A stretch of 64,000 nucleotides of DNA from Priapulus caudatus (GCF_000485595.1 NW_014577084.1:739730-803729); one strand, 5' to 3'; numbered from the stretch's first letter, positions 1 through 13,610 are shown. The notes: a model not told the origin generated them from the sequence alone. Numbers and translations: made by a program.

Positions 1-608
1 TCCACACGGCCGCCGTGCGTATAGCCATATTGAATCTTATCCACACGGCCGCCGTGCGTATAGTCACTTCCAAATTAAATAGTCTAAAATTAAAATAGTA
101 ATACTAATCGACGAGAGAAATTTATTACAACCATTTGAATTTCATCTCTTTCGGCTGACCTTATCTGGTACTTCTTTAGAAACTCCACGTTTCACCCACG
201 CTACACAAGGAACAAAATTCATAATGGTAAAATACTAAAATTGAAGAGGAAGCTAGAAAGGCATGAGATGTGAGGCCATTTTAATTGCTACGCACGCCAT
301 CTACCAACCTCTACAATAACTAACGCAAACCATATATACCTTTGGTTATGGCTACTGCTTATAGTTATAATATTATGGTCTACCACTGAGCTCTATAATT
401 AAACATTTTATTTATAGTTTATTTATAGAGCTCAGTGGGTTATACATATGGCCGGAAGCTTCCAGATCTGATACAAATGCATATATATACAATTTTATAT
501 TGCGACGGATTATTTGCTAGCTGATCGATTTATACCACATTTATGCTATGATATCTGCAGTAAATAATCACAAATCATACATTTGTAATTATTTAATCCT
601 GATGATAT

Positions 609-640
609 CAGGAGTCTATCAATATATTGATAGACTCCTG
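609..640. mobile_element. 32-bp perfect palindrome with 7-bp TSD (putative P-type excision scar)
   Basis: ATGATAT|CAGGAGTCTATCAATATATTGATAGACTCCTG|ATGATAT. Confidence 0.7.
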
Positions 641-700
641 ATGATATCGGAGGGAACCCCCCCCCCCTTCGCCTTCGATACGTTTCGATACGACACAAAG

Positions 701-817
701 ATGGCGGCGTCCATGAAAGCGTTGCTTTTTAGAAATGTTCTGAGAAAATATAAAACGCTAAACTGTTGTCAATGTAAACAGTTAATACGATTGCTGAATA
801 CAAATGTTAAAATTAAG
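701..817 (+). CDS. MRPL46: Mitochondrial ribosomal protein L46, coding exon 1 (presequence)
   Basis: aagATGGCGGCG start context; MAASMKALLFRNVLRKYK.. is basic and presequence-like; ends AAG|gttcgt, 39 codons, phase 0, compatible with exon at 13063. Linkage is inferred from phase and total length (284 aa). Confidence 0.7.
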
Positions 818-2468
818 GTTCGTATCTGAGTAGTACTAGTAGTAGCAATAGGCATGCAGGATCGCAACAGACGACCATTAATTCATATGATAGATGAATA
901 TGAATCTGAATCTTATATAAGTTATATCATGCATCTAGTATGACTATGACTATGACTATGAGTATGAGTATGACTGAGTATGAGTCTCGTGACTCGTGGA
1001 GTCGTGGAGGGTCATAGCGGTACAAAACGACAAAGTTCAAGGTGCAACTACCTTAACACACATTGCCATTGGCAGTGCTACCTAACCTGCTGAGTAACCT
1101 GGCCCTAGGCAGCACTGGCAATTTGCGTTACGGTAGTTGCACCTTCTCTATATTTAAACACGTGACATTGTGACTGTCATTGACGCTTCCAGGGTCTATG
1201 TCTCCCTAACTAGTTACTTCCCCTACTTAAGATCGGGAATATGATGCCCTATCGGTAAATATTGGTAAATTTTCATGCAAAATATCGGGAATTTCTGTAA
1301 ATTCTCAGACTGATCATCACATATAGAAGCTGAAAGATCATTAATAGACCATTTACTCCATTTTTTTCCACTGGCCCATCGGGCTTGTTCATTTACCAGT
1401 TTCATGGGCCCCATGGAAAATTTACTGGCCTCGGATACCGAGCCGTGGTTAATTTCGCAGACTGTTAAGGGTTAGGGTTAGGGTTAGGGATAGGGTTAGG
1501 GAGTAGGTGTAGGCGACTCCCTAGACTCGTTAGTGGAGTAGGCCACAGGCACTTGGAACGTCTCAATAAAAATACAAAAGTCATTTTTAATGGTAAATAA
1601 ACACGAAATGTATTTACTACCAAAGTCTTAATGTTTCTCGACTCTATTTCACCTATTGTTGCCGATAATTACCCGTAAATGCCGGTCAAATGCTCATCTG
1701 CAACACACAAGTACACCGCACGCCTGCCCTGTGCACAAACAACATGAATAAGAGAGCAGGTAGGAAAGCGTGATCCTAAATTCGCTCGACGCTCGCTTCA
1801 TTTTACACCTTCACAGCACGAATACACATCCAACAGCTTCCATCTTGGTATCTATGTGTAGCTAAATGTTCACTTGTTCGAATTATAACTCTGTCATTTG
1901 TTCTTACCTACTCCCGCCAGAGATATCTCGTGAAATCCTGCAGGAAATGTTTTCTCCGTGAAAATGTAAAGAGGACGAGATGTCTGTTTATACACGAGTA
2001 ATGGGGCGCATTGCATGCCGGGAGGAGCTGCTGCCTGCCTCCAAGCCTCCGTTTCGAGGCCCACCAAGCCAAGCATAATGCGCGCGGGCATGACGTCACA
2101 CACACGACTACAGTGATCGATCAAAAGTAGCGCCGTTAGGGATTTTCGGATGATACGTCCTCTTTACATTTTCACGGTGAGAACATTTTCTGCAGGATTT
2201 CACGAGATATTTCTGGCGGGAGTAGGTAAGAACAAAGGACAGAGTTATAATTCGAACAAGTAAACATTTAGCTACAGATAGATACCAAGATGGAGGCTGT
2301 TTGTTGTGTTTCTGTTCTGTAATCGTGTGAAATGAAGCGAACGTCGAGCGAATTTTGCGATCACGCTTTCCTACCTGCTCTCTTATTCATGTTCATGTTG
2401 TTTGTGCACAGGACAGGCGTGCGGTGTACTTGTGTGTTGCAGATGAGCATTTGACCGGTATTTACGGG

Positions 2469-3530
2469 AGAAGCTGGTGGAGAAGGAGGATGCGGAGAGA
2501 AGCATGTGCAGAGAAGGAGGAACGGGAGGGTGAGAAGGGAAGCTGGTGGAGGATAGGCGGCAGAAGGCCCGAGAAAGCTGTGGAGAAAGGAGGAAAGGGA
2601 GAAGGAGGGGGCAGAAGGTGGTAGAGAAGGAGGAGAAGCGAGAAGCTGGTCGGAGCAAGCGGGAAGCTTACGACCAGCTTCTCCCCTCCTCCTCCACCAG
2701 CCTTCTCCCTTCGTCCCCCTCCTCACTCCACCAGCTCCCTTCTCTCCTCCTTTCTCCCCTTCCTCCTTGCTCCACCAGCTCTCCCCCTCCTCGCCAGCCA
2801 CCAGCTTCTCCCATCCTCCTTCTCACCACCTTCTCTCTTCTCCCCTTTCCTCCTTCTTCCACCAGCTTCTCCCCTCCTCCCAACCTTCTCCCTTCTCCCC
2901 CATTCCCCTCCTCCACCAGCCTCCCTTCTCCCCTTCCTCCTCCACCAGCTTCCCCCCTCCTCCTTCTCACCAGCTTCTCCCATCCTTACCTTCTCACCAC
3001 CTTCTGCTCTTCTCCCCTTTCCTCCTTCTCCACCAGCTTCTCCCCCTCCTCCTCCACCAGCTCCCTTCTCCCCTTCTCGCCTTCTCCCCTCCTCCTCCAC
3101 CAGCCTCCCTCTCTCCCCTCTTCTGCTCCACCAGCTTCTCCCCCTCCTCCACCACCTTCTCCCTTCTCCCCTCCTCCTTCTCCACCAGCTTCTCCCATCC
3201 TCCTTCCTCCCACCACCTTCTTCCTACTCCCCTTCCTCCTTCTCACCATGCTTCTCCATTTCTCCTTCTCCACCACCTTCTCCCTTTGCTCCCCTTTCCC
3301 CCTCCCCTTCCCTCCTTCTCCACCAGCTTCTCCCGTTCTCCGCCCTTCGATCCTCAGTTCCTAGCCATATTTGAGTCGGCATACGGTCCGCCGTGCGATA
3401 TAGCCATACTTGAATCTATCCACACGGCCGCCGTGCGTATAGCCATGATTGAGTCCCGCCACACGCCGCCGTGCCGTATAGCCATAATTTGAATCTTATC
3501 CACACGCCGCCCGTTGCGTTAGTCACTTCC
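2469..3530. repeat. GA/CT-rich minisatellite arm with strand flip at ~2670, ending in ~40-bp subterminal repeats
   Basis: Purine-rich 2469-2668, pyrimidine-rich 2671-3345, then ccacacggccgccgtgcgtatagccatattgaatcttat repeats. Confidence 0.75.
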
Positions 3531-4198
3531 AAATTAAATATCGTCTAAATTAAAAATCAGTAATACCTTAATCGACGACGAGAAATTTATTACAACCATT
3601 TGAATTTCAGTCTCTTTGCGGCTGACGCTTAATCTGCTCGTACTTCTTTAGAAACTCCATCGTCTTCACCCACGCTACACAAAGCGAACAAAATTCATAA
3701 TGTGCTAAAAATACTAAAATTGAAGAGCGAAGCTAGAAAGGCATGACGCATGTGAGGCCATTTAAATGGCTACGCCACGCCACTCTACCAACCTCTACAA
3801 TAACTAACGCAAACCCATATATACTCTTGGTTATGGCTACTGCTTAATGTTATAATCATTATCGGTCTACCACTGAGCTCGTATAATTCAAAACATTTTA
3901 TTTATAAGTTATTTTATAGCGAGCTCAGTGGTTATACATATGGCCGGAAGCTTCCAATCTGTATACTAAATGCGATATATATACAATTTATATTGCGACG
4001 GATTATTTGCTAGCTGATCATTTATTACCACATTTATGCTATGTTATCTGCATGTAAATTATATCACAAATCATACATTTGCTAATTATTAATCCTGATG
4101 AGTATCAGGAGCTCTATCAATATATTGATTAGACTTCCTGATGATATGCGAGGGAAGCCCCCCCTTCGCCTATCGATAGCGTTTCGATACGACACAAG

Positions 4199-4319
4199 AT
4201 GGCGGGCGTCACATGAAGAACCGTGCTTTGTAGAAAGTTCGTTCTGAAAAATAAAACGCTAAACTGTGTGTCAATATGTAAACATTAATACGCATTGCTT
4301 GAAACAATGTAAAATTAAG
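4199..4319 (+). pseudogene. MRPL46: Indel-ridden second copy of MRPL46 exon 1 (probably assembly duplicate)
   Basis: Part of block ~3421-4735 that repeats 1-1220 with scattered single-base indels; frame broken. Confidence 0.6.
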
Positions 4320-6371
4320 GTTCGTATCTGAGTTAGCTACTAAGTAGTTATCAATACGCATGCAGCGATCGCCCAACAGACGACATTAATTCATCATGAT
4401 AGATGAAATATGAATCTGAATCGTAGTTATATCATGCATCTATTGACTCAGACTTGGACTTATGCAGTGATTGAGTGATGACTGAAGTATGAGTCTCGTG
4501 CGACTCGTGGGAGTCGGTTGGGGGGTCATAGCGGTACAAAACGACAAAGGTTCACAGGCTGCAACTACCTATACACACCACATTGCCATTGGCAGTCGCT
4601 ACCTAACCTGTGCAGTAACCTGGCCCTAGCAGCACTGGCAATTTCGCGTTACAGTAGTTGCCACCTTCTCTATATTAAACACGTGACATTGGTGACTGTT
4701 ATTGAGACCGCTTCCAGGGGTTCTTATGTCCCCTGACGGTACTTGCCGGAACTACTCTCTGTACTATTTATATGCCGGCCGATGTACCTCGCCTACTCCC
4801 CTAACGAGTCTAGGGCAGTCACATACGCCTATACTCCCTACCCTCGAACCCGTAGACCACTATCAGATAGTTACCAGGGTACGTTCCGGCAGTACCCAGG
4901 GAGACATAGACCCTATCAGCGTCATTGACAGTGATGACTGTCACATGCCTAGCAAATAATAACTAAATATCATCATGTCTTTTGTAGTTTGCCCTGAAAT
5001 AAATTCAAATTGATAGAGTTCGCTTCAAAGATATTGTCAAGTAATGTATCAATACTCAATAGACCCTTAATTTCAACTACTTGCTATACAAAAACGTAGG
5101 TATAGTGTACCTTTGTAGTTTCCAAACACCACCACAGCTATACCAGTGGCATCACAGGTAAAACTAATACTAATAGCACAAGTGATCCAGTCGGTAATAA
5201 ACCTCTGGCTTGCTCGCATGTAACTGCATGATATGCGCTGTTTATATTAATTACCTCCGCCAAGGAGGTTATGTTTTCGCCCCTGTTAGTTTGTTGGTTT
5301 GTCTGCAGCAGGTTATCTCAAAAAGTTTACCCAGAAAACAGGGAATTCTTTTCGGATTGAGAATTTTGTTAGGACAGGTTGGTTTGGGCCAAGAACAAAA
5401 TAATCGATTTCAGATTTTCCCCGATGGTGGTCATCCGGATCCAGATCTGGATCTAGGAATACGACAATGACATGGGGCATGTATCATCAATTGCATGCCT
5501 ATAGAATNNNNNNNNNNNNNNNNNNNNNNNNNACGGTAATTATCGCACTAATGGCGAATAGAGTAGTCAGAAACATTTAAGACTTTGGTTAGTAAATACA
5601 TTTTTTTTTATTGAGACTGTCCACTATGCCATTGAGGAGTAGGCCGAGTACGGTCCGCATATTAGATAGTACCAGGGTACGTTCCTCGGTATAACCGAAC
5701 CGAACCCAGAGTACGTTCCGGCAGTACCCTGGGGACGTAGGACGAAATAATTTCTGTCTCCATATAACCTTTTTTTATATTTTGGTGAGGTTATTGGCGA
5801 CAGAATGGGGTGATTGAAAGTTTTTGGAGATCGCCTCATGCAAAATGCATGCCGCTGCTAATGCGCCGCCCGTACGCCGTTATTGGGCACGAAAAAAGAA
5901 AACACCCTACCGTTGTCCCTCTCTACATGATTCACCATTTGCTACCTGATATGTGATATACATTCACTTCATCATTTATTTCACTTCTTAAAGGATTGAA
6001 TTATTTCAGAAAACCTCGCCATTACATATACCAACATTTAGTAAGGTCACCAGCCCCCGCCATTTTACGAAACAATCGAGACCAATGGCTGAGTACGGGT
6101 AGCCGTCGCCGTTCGTTGAAAGCCCTTTTATTGGCGTTAGGGTTCATAGGGTTAGGGTGTAGCGGTAGGATTAGGTTACGGGTTAGGTTTTAGGGTTATG
6201 GTTTAGGTTGGGTTAGGCGTTCTGCTCATCTAAACTTCTAAAATCGTGATTTTATTTTTTCTTTTTCCCGGCGTTATTTCGAAATTCTGCGCCACGCCGA
6301 GCCATCTTTTGTCTCGTTACAAGTATGAAACGCGAATGGAACTCCGTACCTGTAGCCTCGGAGGACATTAA

Positions 6372-7009
6372 AGGGACGTATGCCTCAGGAGTTTACTTGC
6401 ATACAACTTACTTTCTGTATAACAAGTCTATACCCACATGTATTTGCGTCACCAGTACATAAATTAGATTGATTTCACACATCCAACGCCTACGAAATTT
6501 GAACGGCGCCATGACACCGCGCCGTGCTGCCACCCGTGAAAAATGTTGCGCTATTTGCATTTTATTTTGCAGGGTAAACTGACCGACGAGCTAGATCACA
6601 AAAGTGCAGATTAGTATTTATACCTAATATGCTATTTATTTAACCGACGCTATTCATTTTAGTCGGCGAGTTATCCATCTATGTAACTGAAACTATATGA
6701 TAAAAAAAGTTTACTAGAATATTACACATCCGTTTGCTTTTAAAATGAATAACAATAAGAAATACCCTTGAGTCTCGTAGCCATTGGCTGACGAAAGTTG
6801 GTCTTCTGCGCAACTTCTCAGATCGTCGCCGCTCTGCAGTGCGCCACCGTTCGTTGTAATCAAACTGTAGTCGTTAGTTTTTAAAAAATTTTTTTAAAAT
6901 ATTTCTAATTGCGGTGAAATTGAACATGAAACTTTTATATGTCTGCGGCAATTATAACCTACAATTGCTGAAAATAAACCCTAGAACCTAACGCAGGCTC
7001 ACTGTTCCT
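6372..7009. mobile_element. Kolobok-like non-autonomous element (TTAA TSD, AGG termini)
   Basis: TTAA|AGGGAC..GTTCCT|TTAA; a related copy starts at 18814. Confidence 0.6.
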
Positions 7010-7080
7010 TTAACCGATGACGGACTACCGTACGCCGTAGCCACTGCCATACATATTCATACTATAGTCTAAATTAAAAT

Positions 7081-8755
7081 GTCGGACTATAAGCAGCGCG
7101 GCGTGGTGGCATAAGATTGCAATATGGCTGAACACGCCACGGCCGGCGTATGGCCGCACGCAATTGGCATAGGAATGAGGAAGGAGAATGGGGAGAAGTG
7201 GTGGAGGAGGAGGGACGAAGCTGTGAGAGAAGGAGAAAGGGGAGAAGGTGGTGGAGAAGGGAGGGAAGGGAGAACGCTGGTCCGAAAGCAGGAACGGGCG
7301 GTAGAGAGAGGTGGTGACGAGCAAGCGACCGGGGAGGAGCTGGTGAGAAGGAGGAGGGAGAAGCGGAGGTGTTCGGAGAAGGAGGCCCTAGGAGGACGAA
7401 GCTGGTGAGAAGGAGGAGCGGAGAAGAGAGGTGGTGGAGAAGCGAGGGGAGAAATGCTGGTGGAGGAAGATGGAGGGGAGAGGTGTGAGGAGGGGAGGAA
7501 GCTGGTGGGAGGATGGGAGAAGCTTGTGGAGGAGGAAAGGGAGCGGGGGGAGAAGGAACGCTGGTGGAAGGAGGAGGGGAAAAGGGAAGGTGGTGGAGGA
7601 GGGAGAAGGCTGTTGAGAGAAGGAGGAAAAAGGAGAGAAGGGAGAAGGCGGTGGAGGAGAGGGTGAGAAGCTGGTAAGAAGGAGAGGGGAGAAGCTGTGG
7701 GTGAGAAGGAGGGAAGGGAGTAAGGGAGTGTTGGAAGAAGGAGGAGGGGGAGAGCTGGTGGAGGAGGGAGAATGGGTGGAGGAGGGGGAGAAGCTGGTGT
7801 GAGCAAGGAGCGCAGGGGAGGAAGCTGGTGGACACGAGGAAAGGGAGGAGAGCCGCGAGGAGAAGGAGCTGTGGGGGGGAGAAAAGAGTGGTGCGAGGGG
7901 GAGAACGCCGAGTGAAGTCTGGTGGAGAAGGAGGAAGGCGGGGGGAGAGGGAGAAGGGGTGGAGAAGGGGGAGAGGAGAGAGCTGCGTGGAGGAGAGGGG
8001 GAGAGCTGAGTGGAGGGAGGAAGGGGAGAAGGGGAGGTGGTGGAGGAGGAAGGGAAGAGCTGGTGGAGAAGGAGAGGAAGGAGAGGAGAATAGGGTGGTG
8101 GGTTACGGAGGGGAGAACTGGTAGAGAAGGAAAGAGGGAAGTGAGAGGTGTTGCCGCAGAAGGCAGGGGGAGAAAGCTGAGAAACTGGTGAGAGAAGGGG
8201 AGGGGGGAGAAGAGAAATGGTGGGGGAAGGAGGGGAGAAGCTGAGTGGAGAAGGAGGAGGCTGCGAGCAAGGCCCGAGATAGGTGGTGGCACAGGAGGGG
8301 GGAGAGCTGGGTAGGAAGAGGGGGGGGAAGCTGTGGAGAAAGGGGGAAAGCGGAAGCGATGGGGGAGAAGGGAGCTGGTGGAGGAGGGGGAGAGGGAGCA
8401 AGGGCGAAGCTGCCCTGGTGGAGAGGAGAGGGGAGAAGTAGCTGGAGAAGGCGAAGGGCTGCGAAGAGCTGGTGGAGAAGGAGAGGGAGAGGGAAAGGTG
8501 GGTGGAGAAAGGAGGAGGAGAGCTGCGTGGAAAAGGAGGAGGCGCGGAGAAGCTGGTGTGCGCAGAATGAAGAAGCGCGCACAAGAAGGGAGAAAGCTGG
8601 TGCAGAGAAGAGGAAGGTCCGAGAAGAGAAGTGTTGGAGAAGCGAGCATCGGAGAAGGCTGCCGATCGAGAAGGAGAAGGGGAGAAGGTAGTGGAGGAGG
8701 GGAGAGCTGGTGGAGGATGGAGGGAGCACGGGAGAATGCGGTGGAGGAAGAGAGA
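7081..8755 (+). mobile_element. Left arm of a Foldback/MULE-like element (subterminal ~40-bp repeats plus GGAGAAGCTGGT-rich minisatellite)
   Basis: Reverse complement of the arm at 2671-3530 and 1-71; preceded by AAATTAAAAT, matching AAATTAAAT after the right end (72-80). Error-rich sequence. Confidence 0.6.
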
Positions 8756-9692
8756 TTTCGGCAATGTAACGCGCATTGTACAGTAATGCGAGTCAGTGCA
8801 AAGTGAATCCTGTTTATTTATTGCTGCTGCAGGTGCCCATGATATTCAGCACCAAAATGTACCCCTACTGAACGTATTTGACATTTCTAGAGTGCTCTGT
8901 CTTGATTTGCATCAAGAACAAACAAACAGAGACACATTCACAAATATGTATAAGATATCATATGTGCCGTGCATGATAGCAACAATGAGTTCTCATTATC
9001 TTAATGATATTTGGTGTACCAGCAAGATGGGGGGACTGTTACGGTGTGGCGCAGGTTTGCTATCTCCGATTGCTCTTGTTTACACTGTTTCTTGAGGCAA
9101 ATAAAGTAAAACAAATACAATTTATGCTATTTGCGCTCAGATCGGTGTGATCATAATTGGAAATTGACTGATAGTGAATTTCAACACAAGGCAAACATAT
9201 GCCACCACTGGTGGGTTAATGTAATTCTTGTCGTTTCAAGTTTCTTGCTTCCTGTTAGTAGTAGTTGCTGTTTGGTTGTTTGCTTGTTCGGGTTGTGAAA
9301 TTGACAGTGGATATAGTGAACTAGAGTATAACTTATAAAAAAAAGCTAGACTGCAGTGCTACCATGTAAAGTTTAAATAAATAACAAATCAAATATTATA
9401 AAATAGGGATATTTTTAATCTAAAATTTATGGAATTACAGATTATTTGCATTCGTCAGGTTGCTGCACTATCAGGCAGTTCATCAGTTGTTTTACGCCAT
9501 CTCTCCATCTGGTTATAGGGTAAAATATAACTATGTGACTGAAAACTCCAACAGAAAGATAATGCTAATTCCTATTCCTAAACCCATAACTAGTTCCCTA
9601 GGCTATATACTGCTGTATATGCCCATTGATTAGTGTTACTCTACCCCAACAACTATAAATACAGAAAAACTTGTCTTCATCTAATGCCTAAA

Positions 9693-12684
9693 CAGGGCTC
9701 GACTTTAACGGTGGCCCGGGTGCCAATAGCCACCTGAAACGGCGTCGGGCCACCTGAAACTGTCGGGTTGGTGGCCCGCCTGGCCACCAATAAAAATAAG
9801 GCCGTGCTACGCGACCGTTCCGCGAACGAGAGCGCGCCTAGGCTGACGCGTTCGGAAAACATCCGATCTCACACATAGCATCTTGCGACACGTACACGCA
9901 TGATTACCGCAACTGGGGACGCTCTGCTGCATTGCAAGTGTGTGTGTACCGTGTGCGTACCGCTGTGTGCATATGCGTCGTGCGCCCGTGGCGTCGTGGC
10001 GTGTGTACGCGCGTGGCTGCCTGTGTGTGTGTGTGTGTCGGGTTGGTGTGCATGTGTGCTGCCGCACGCGCGTGTGTGTGCTAAGCGTGTGTTTACTGGA
10101 AGCAGGATTCTGAGAATGTCAATCGCCCAACAAGAAACAATGCTTTACTTGGCCCTAAATCAAAACAGTAAGTGCACCTCGCAAAATCCATTCGCTACCA
10201 TCAAGCTGGCTGGGTTTCGTTGGTGCCAGATTCAGTTCTCCACGCAGTTCAAGACAAGTGAGTACATACCAGAGTGTATTATAGAGAGGGGTGTAGCGGA
10301 TTGATACACTGCTAGCGACAGGAAGCGGTGTTAGTGGGAGAGGGGCTAGGCATGATACACTGTACGAGACAGAGAGCGGCGTGTAGGACGGAGGGGGTAG
10401 GGAATGATACACTGTAAGAGACAGGGCAGGCGTGGGTAGGGGGCAGGGCTGTGTAGGGATTATTACACTGTAGAGACAGGGAGGTGTCAGGGGAGGGGGT
10501 AGGGAATGAACACTGTAGAGACAGGGAGGGGTGTAGGGGGAGGCGGTGTAGGGATAAATACACTGTAAGAGAAAAGGAGGGGTGTAGGGAATGATAACAC
10601 TGTAGAGACAGGAATGCGTGTAGGGGAGGGGTGTAGGGATGATGTACTGTAGAGACAGAGAGGTGGTAGGGGCGGAGGTGTAGGGATGATACCACTGTAG
10701 CAGGACCAGGGATCGGAGTGTAGGATGATACACGTGTAGAGACAGGAGGGTGCTAGCGGGGCCGAGGCGGTGTAAGGAGGATACACTGGCTTAGATCTAG
10801 ACCCAGAAGAGGGGTGTAGGGGGAGGGTGTAGAGGATGATACACTGTAGAGACAGGGAGGGTGTAGGGAGGGGTGTAGGAATGATACAATGTAGCAGAAC
10901 AGGGAGGGTGTTAGGCTGGCGAGGGGTGTGGAGGGGTGATAGGGATGATAACACTGTAGAGACAGGGCAGGGGTGTAGGGGGACGGTGTGTAGGGATTAC
11001 TACACTGTAGCAGACAGAGAGGGTGTAGGCGGGAGGTGTGTAGGGATGATACACTGTAGAGACAGGGAAGGCTGTAGCGGGGAGGGGTGTCTAGGAATGA
11101 TACACTGTAGAAACAGGAAGGGTGTAGCCGGGGGAGGCGGTAGGCGATGATACACTGTACAACATGGCATGGCGTCTAGCGGGGCCAGGGGTTGTAGGAA
11201 TGATACACTGTAGGAGACAGGAGGGGTGTAGGGATGATACACTGGTAGAGACGACGGGAGGCGTGTAGGGGAGGCGTTGTAGGAACATGATACACTGCTT
11301 AAAACAGTGAGCGGTGTAGGGGCGGAGTGGGTGGTAGGCGATGATACACTGTAGATACACGACGCAGGGTGTAGGGGCGGAGGGCGTGTAAGGATGATAC
11401 ACTGTAAGTCCAGGACAGCGCGCAGGAGTGTAGCCGGCATTGATACACTGTAGAGACACGGGAGGGCTGTAGCGCCGGATGATACACTGGTAGGAAACAG
11501 TGAGGGTGGAGGGGGGAGGGGTTAGGATGCATACACTGTAGATACAGATCGAGGGTTGTAGCGGGGAAGGGGTGTAGGAGGAGTACACTGTAGAGACAGG
11601 AGTGGTGCGTAGGGGCGAGGGGCTGTAGGGCATCATACACTGTAGAGACAGCGCAGGCGCTGTTAGCGGTGGAGAAGTGTAGGGATGATACCACGTGTAT
11701 AGACAGAGAGGGTGTTGGGGGAGGGGTGTAGGCGATGATACACTGTCAAGACAGGAAGGGTGTAGGGGGAGGGCGTGTAGGGATGATACACTAGAGACAG
11801 CGGATGGTGTAGGGGAGCGGTGTCAGAATAGGAGCACACTGTCTAGCACGACAGTGCCCAGGGTGTAAGCGCATGATACCTTAGCACGGAGGCAGGGACG
11901 GTGGTAGGGGGAGGGTGTAGGGATGATACACTGCTTCAGAGACAGGTCGAGGGTGTAGGGGAGGGGTGTAGGGCATGATACACTGTAGAAAACAGTCAGG
12001 TGTGTAGGGGGAGGGTGTAGCGGATGATACACTGCTAGATACAGAGCGAGGGTGATAGCGGGAGGGGTGTAGGGATGCAGTACCACTGGTAGAGACAGAG
12101 AGGGGCTCGGAGGGCGTGGGGGGGCAGCGGGCTGTAGCGGATGATACACTGTAGCAGACAGGGAGGGTGTAGGCGTTGGAGCAGGTGTAGGGATGCATAC
12201 ACTGCTAGAGACCAATTCTGGCGGNNNNNNNNNNNNNNNNNNNNNNNNNNNNNNNNNNNNNNNNNNNNNNNNNNNNNNNNNNNNNNNNNNNNNNNNNNNN
12301 NNNNNNNNNNNNNNNNNNNNNNNNNNNNNNNNNNNNNNNNNNNNNNNNNNNNNNNNNNNNNNNNNNNNNNNNNNNNNNNNNNNNNNNNNNNNNNNNNNNN
12401 NNNNNNNNNNNNNNNNNNNNNNNNNNNNNNNNNNNNNNNNNNNNNNNNNNNNNNNNNNNNNNNNNNNNNNNNNNNNNNNNNNNNNNNNNNNNNNNNNNNN
12501 NNNTGTCGTAATCTAGTTATGTTAATGCGATTATTTGCCAAAACACATTACCCATAGTTAGAATACAAATAAATTATTTAATAAATGTAGCAACCGGGCC
12601 ACCTGAAAATCCATTTGGCCACCTGAATCTCATACTCAAGTGGCCCGGCCGGCCACCTGAAAAAAAAGTTAAGGGCAAGCCCTG
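9693..12684. mobile_element. hAT-like element (CAGGGCT..AGCCCTG) containing a minisatellite and a gap
   Basis: Terminal CAGGGCTCGACTTTAAC / GTTAAGGGCAAGCCCTG, subterminal ggccacctgaaa repeats, 5-bp flanking repeat CTAAA. Confidence 0.65.
10270..12224. repeat. ~48-bp G-rich minisatellite (ggatgatacactgtagagacagggaggggtgtagggggaggggtgtag)
   Basis: About 40 error-rich tandem units running into the N gap. Confidence 0.9.
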
Positions 12685-13062
12685 CTAAAGGAATGTTTTA
12701 TAGACTGTTTTATAGACACAGTTTGACATGCAGTTCTTGATGAGATAGTGTGCATGCATAGCCAGTAGGTGCTGTGTATAAGGAGTATACTGAGATCTCA
12801 CCGCAAAACAACTGCCTTTGGGGTGTTCACTGTGTTAACATAATTATATGTCTTAATATTTCTGATTCTGTATAACGTAGAAGTTCAAATAAATATCAAC
12901 ACATTTTGCTTTATTAAATAGAAACCAGTGTGTTGATATAAAATTTGCATTTTAATGGTCAATTTTCAGTAAGGGTTGCATTGAGATGTTTAACAAGCAT
13001 AAACCATGTATCTTGATTATACAATATTTGTATGCTAGAAATGATGTTTATCTTTTTTTCAG

Positions 13063-13233
13063 GAGACGGATATTGCTAGGAATCGATGGCAGTTGTGGAG
13101 TGCCATGTGTGTTGTACGATTCCCTGTTATATCCACTGAATTAAACAACATAGAGAAACGGTATAGTGAGATGCTTGCGAGAGTGGAGTTTGAAAATAGC
13201 ATGCTTTCGGACTTTGAGCTTTGGCATATGCAG
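13063..13233 (+). CDS. MRPL46: MRPL46 coding exon 2
   Basis: tttttttcag| acceptor, CAG|gtaggc donor; ETDIARNRWQLWSAMCVVRFPVISTELNNIEKRYSEMLARVEFENSMLSDFELWHMQ matches the mL46 N-terminal region (W.L..A.C..R.P.I...E.E.S.LSD.EL). Confidence 0.9.
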
Positions 13234-13610
13234 GTAGGCTGTACTCATTAATACTAAGTGTGGGTCTATACTAATATACATTAAGGAAGGGTGCAAGATT
13301 CCAATGTAATCTAGCTGGTAGTTGAAATTAGCAATTCACTCACAGAACAGTAGATTAATTGCAGCACAGCTCTAATCTGATTAGCTACTGTTATTTCATA
13401 TTCAACACGACCATAGTCTATGGTGAAATAGGATCTTAGCCTCTACAAACTTCTCATATTAAATATGATGATTCGTAGCTGTTTTATATGCTATAAGTAT
13501 AAGATTTCATAGTTATAGTTTGTCAAGTTCCAGCCATAATCTCATTATACATTAAATTGACACCTAGAATTTAATATTAGCACAGTGACATATTTTTGTT
13601 GATTTTGTAG

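Larger units (their letters stand above)
1544..5636. mobile_element. Long-TIR CACAGG-family element split by intercalated sequence (2469-5532)
   Basis: Left arm 1544-1977 is inverted at 2156-2468 and continues at 5533-5636; TSD GAGTAGGC at 1536-1543 and 5637-5644. Confidence 0.65.

Noticed and set aside
1467..1501. True telomere or chromosome fusion site
   Set aside because: Short, degenerate and inside a small dispersed element.
4199..4319. Second functional MRPL46 first exon or alternative promoter
   Set aside because: Frame-breaking indels spread evenly through exon and flanks, as expected of raw-read error.
2355..8806. Long Pro/Ser/Leu- or Gly/Glu/Arg-rich ORFs (up to 520 aa)
   Set aside because: Arise in all frames from GA/CT minisatellite arms that lack stop codons.
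9459..9518. Possible extra MRPL46 exon (VAALSGSSSVVLRHLSI)
   Set aside because: Runs into TAG, has no phase-0 donor, and the protein is full length without it.
10155..12557. ORFs across the 48-bp minisatellite and N gap
   Set aside because: Repeat-derived or gap-spanning; no coding signature.
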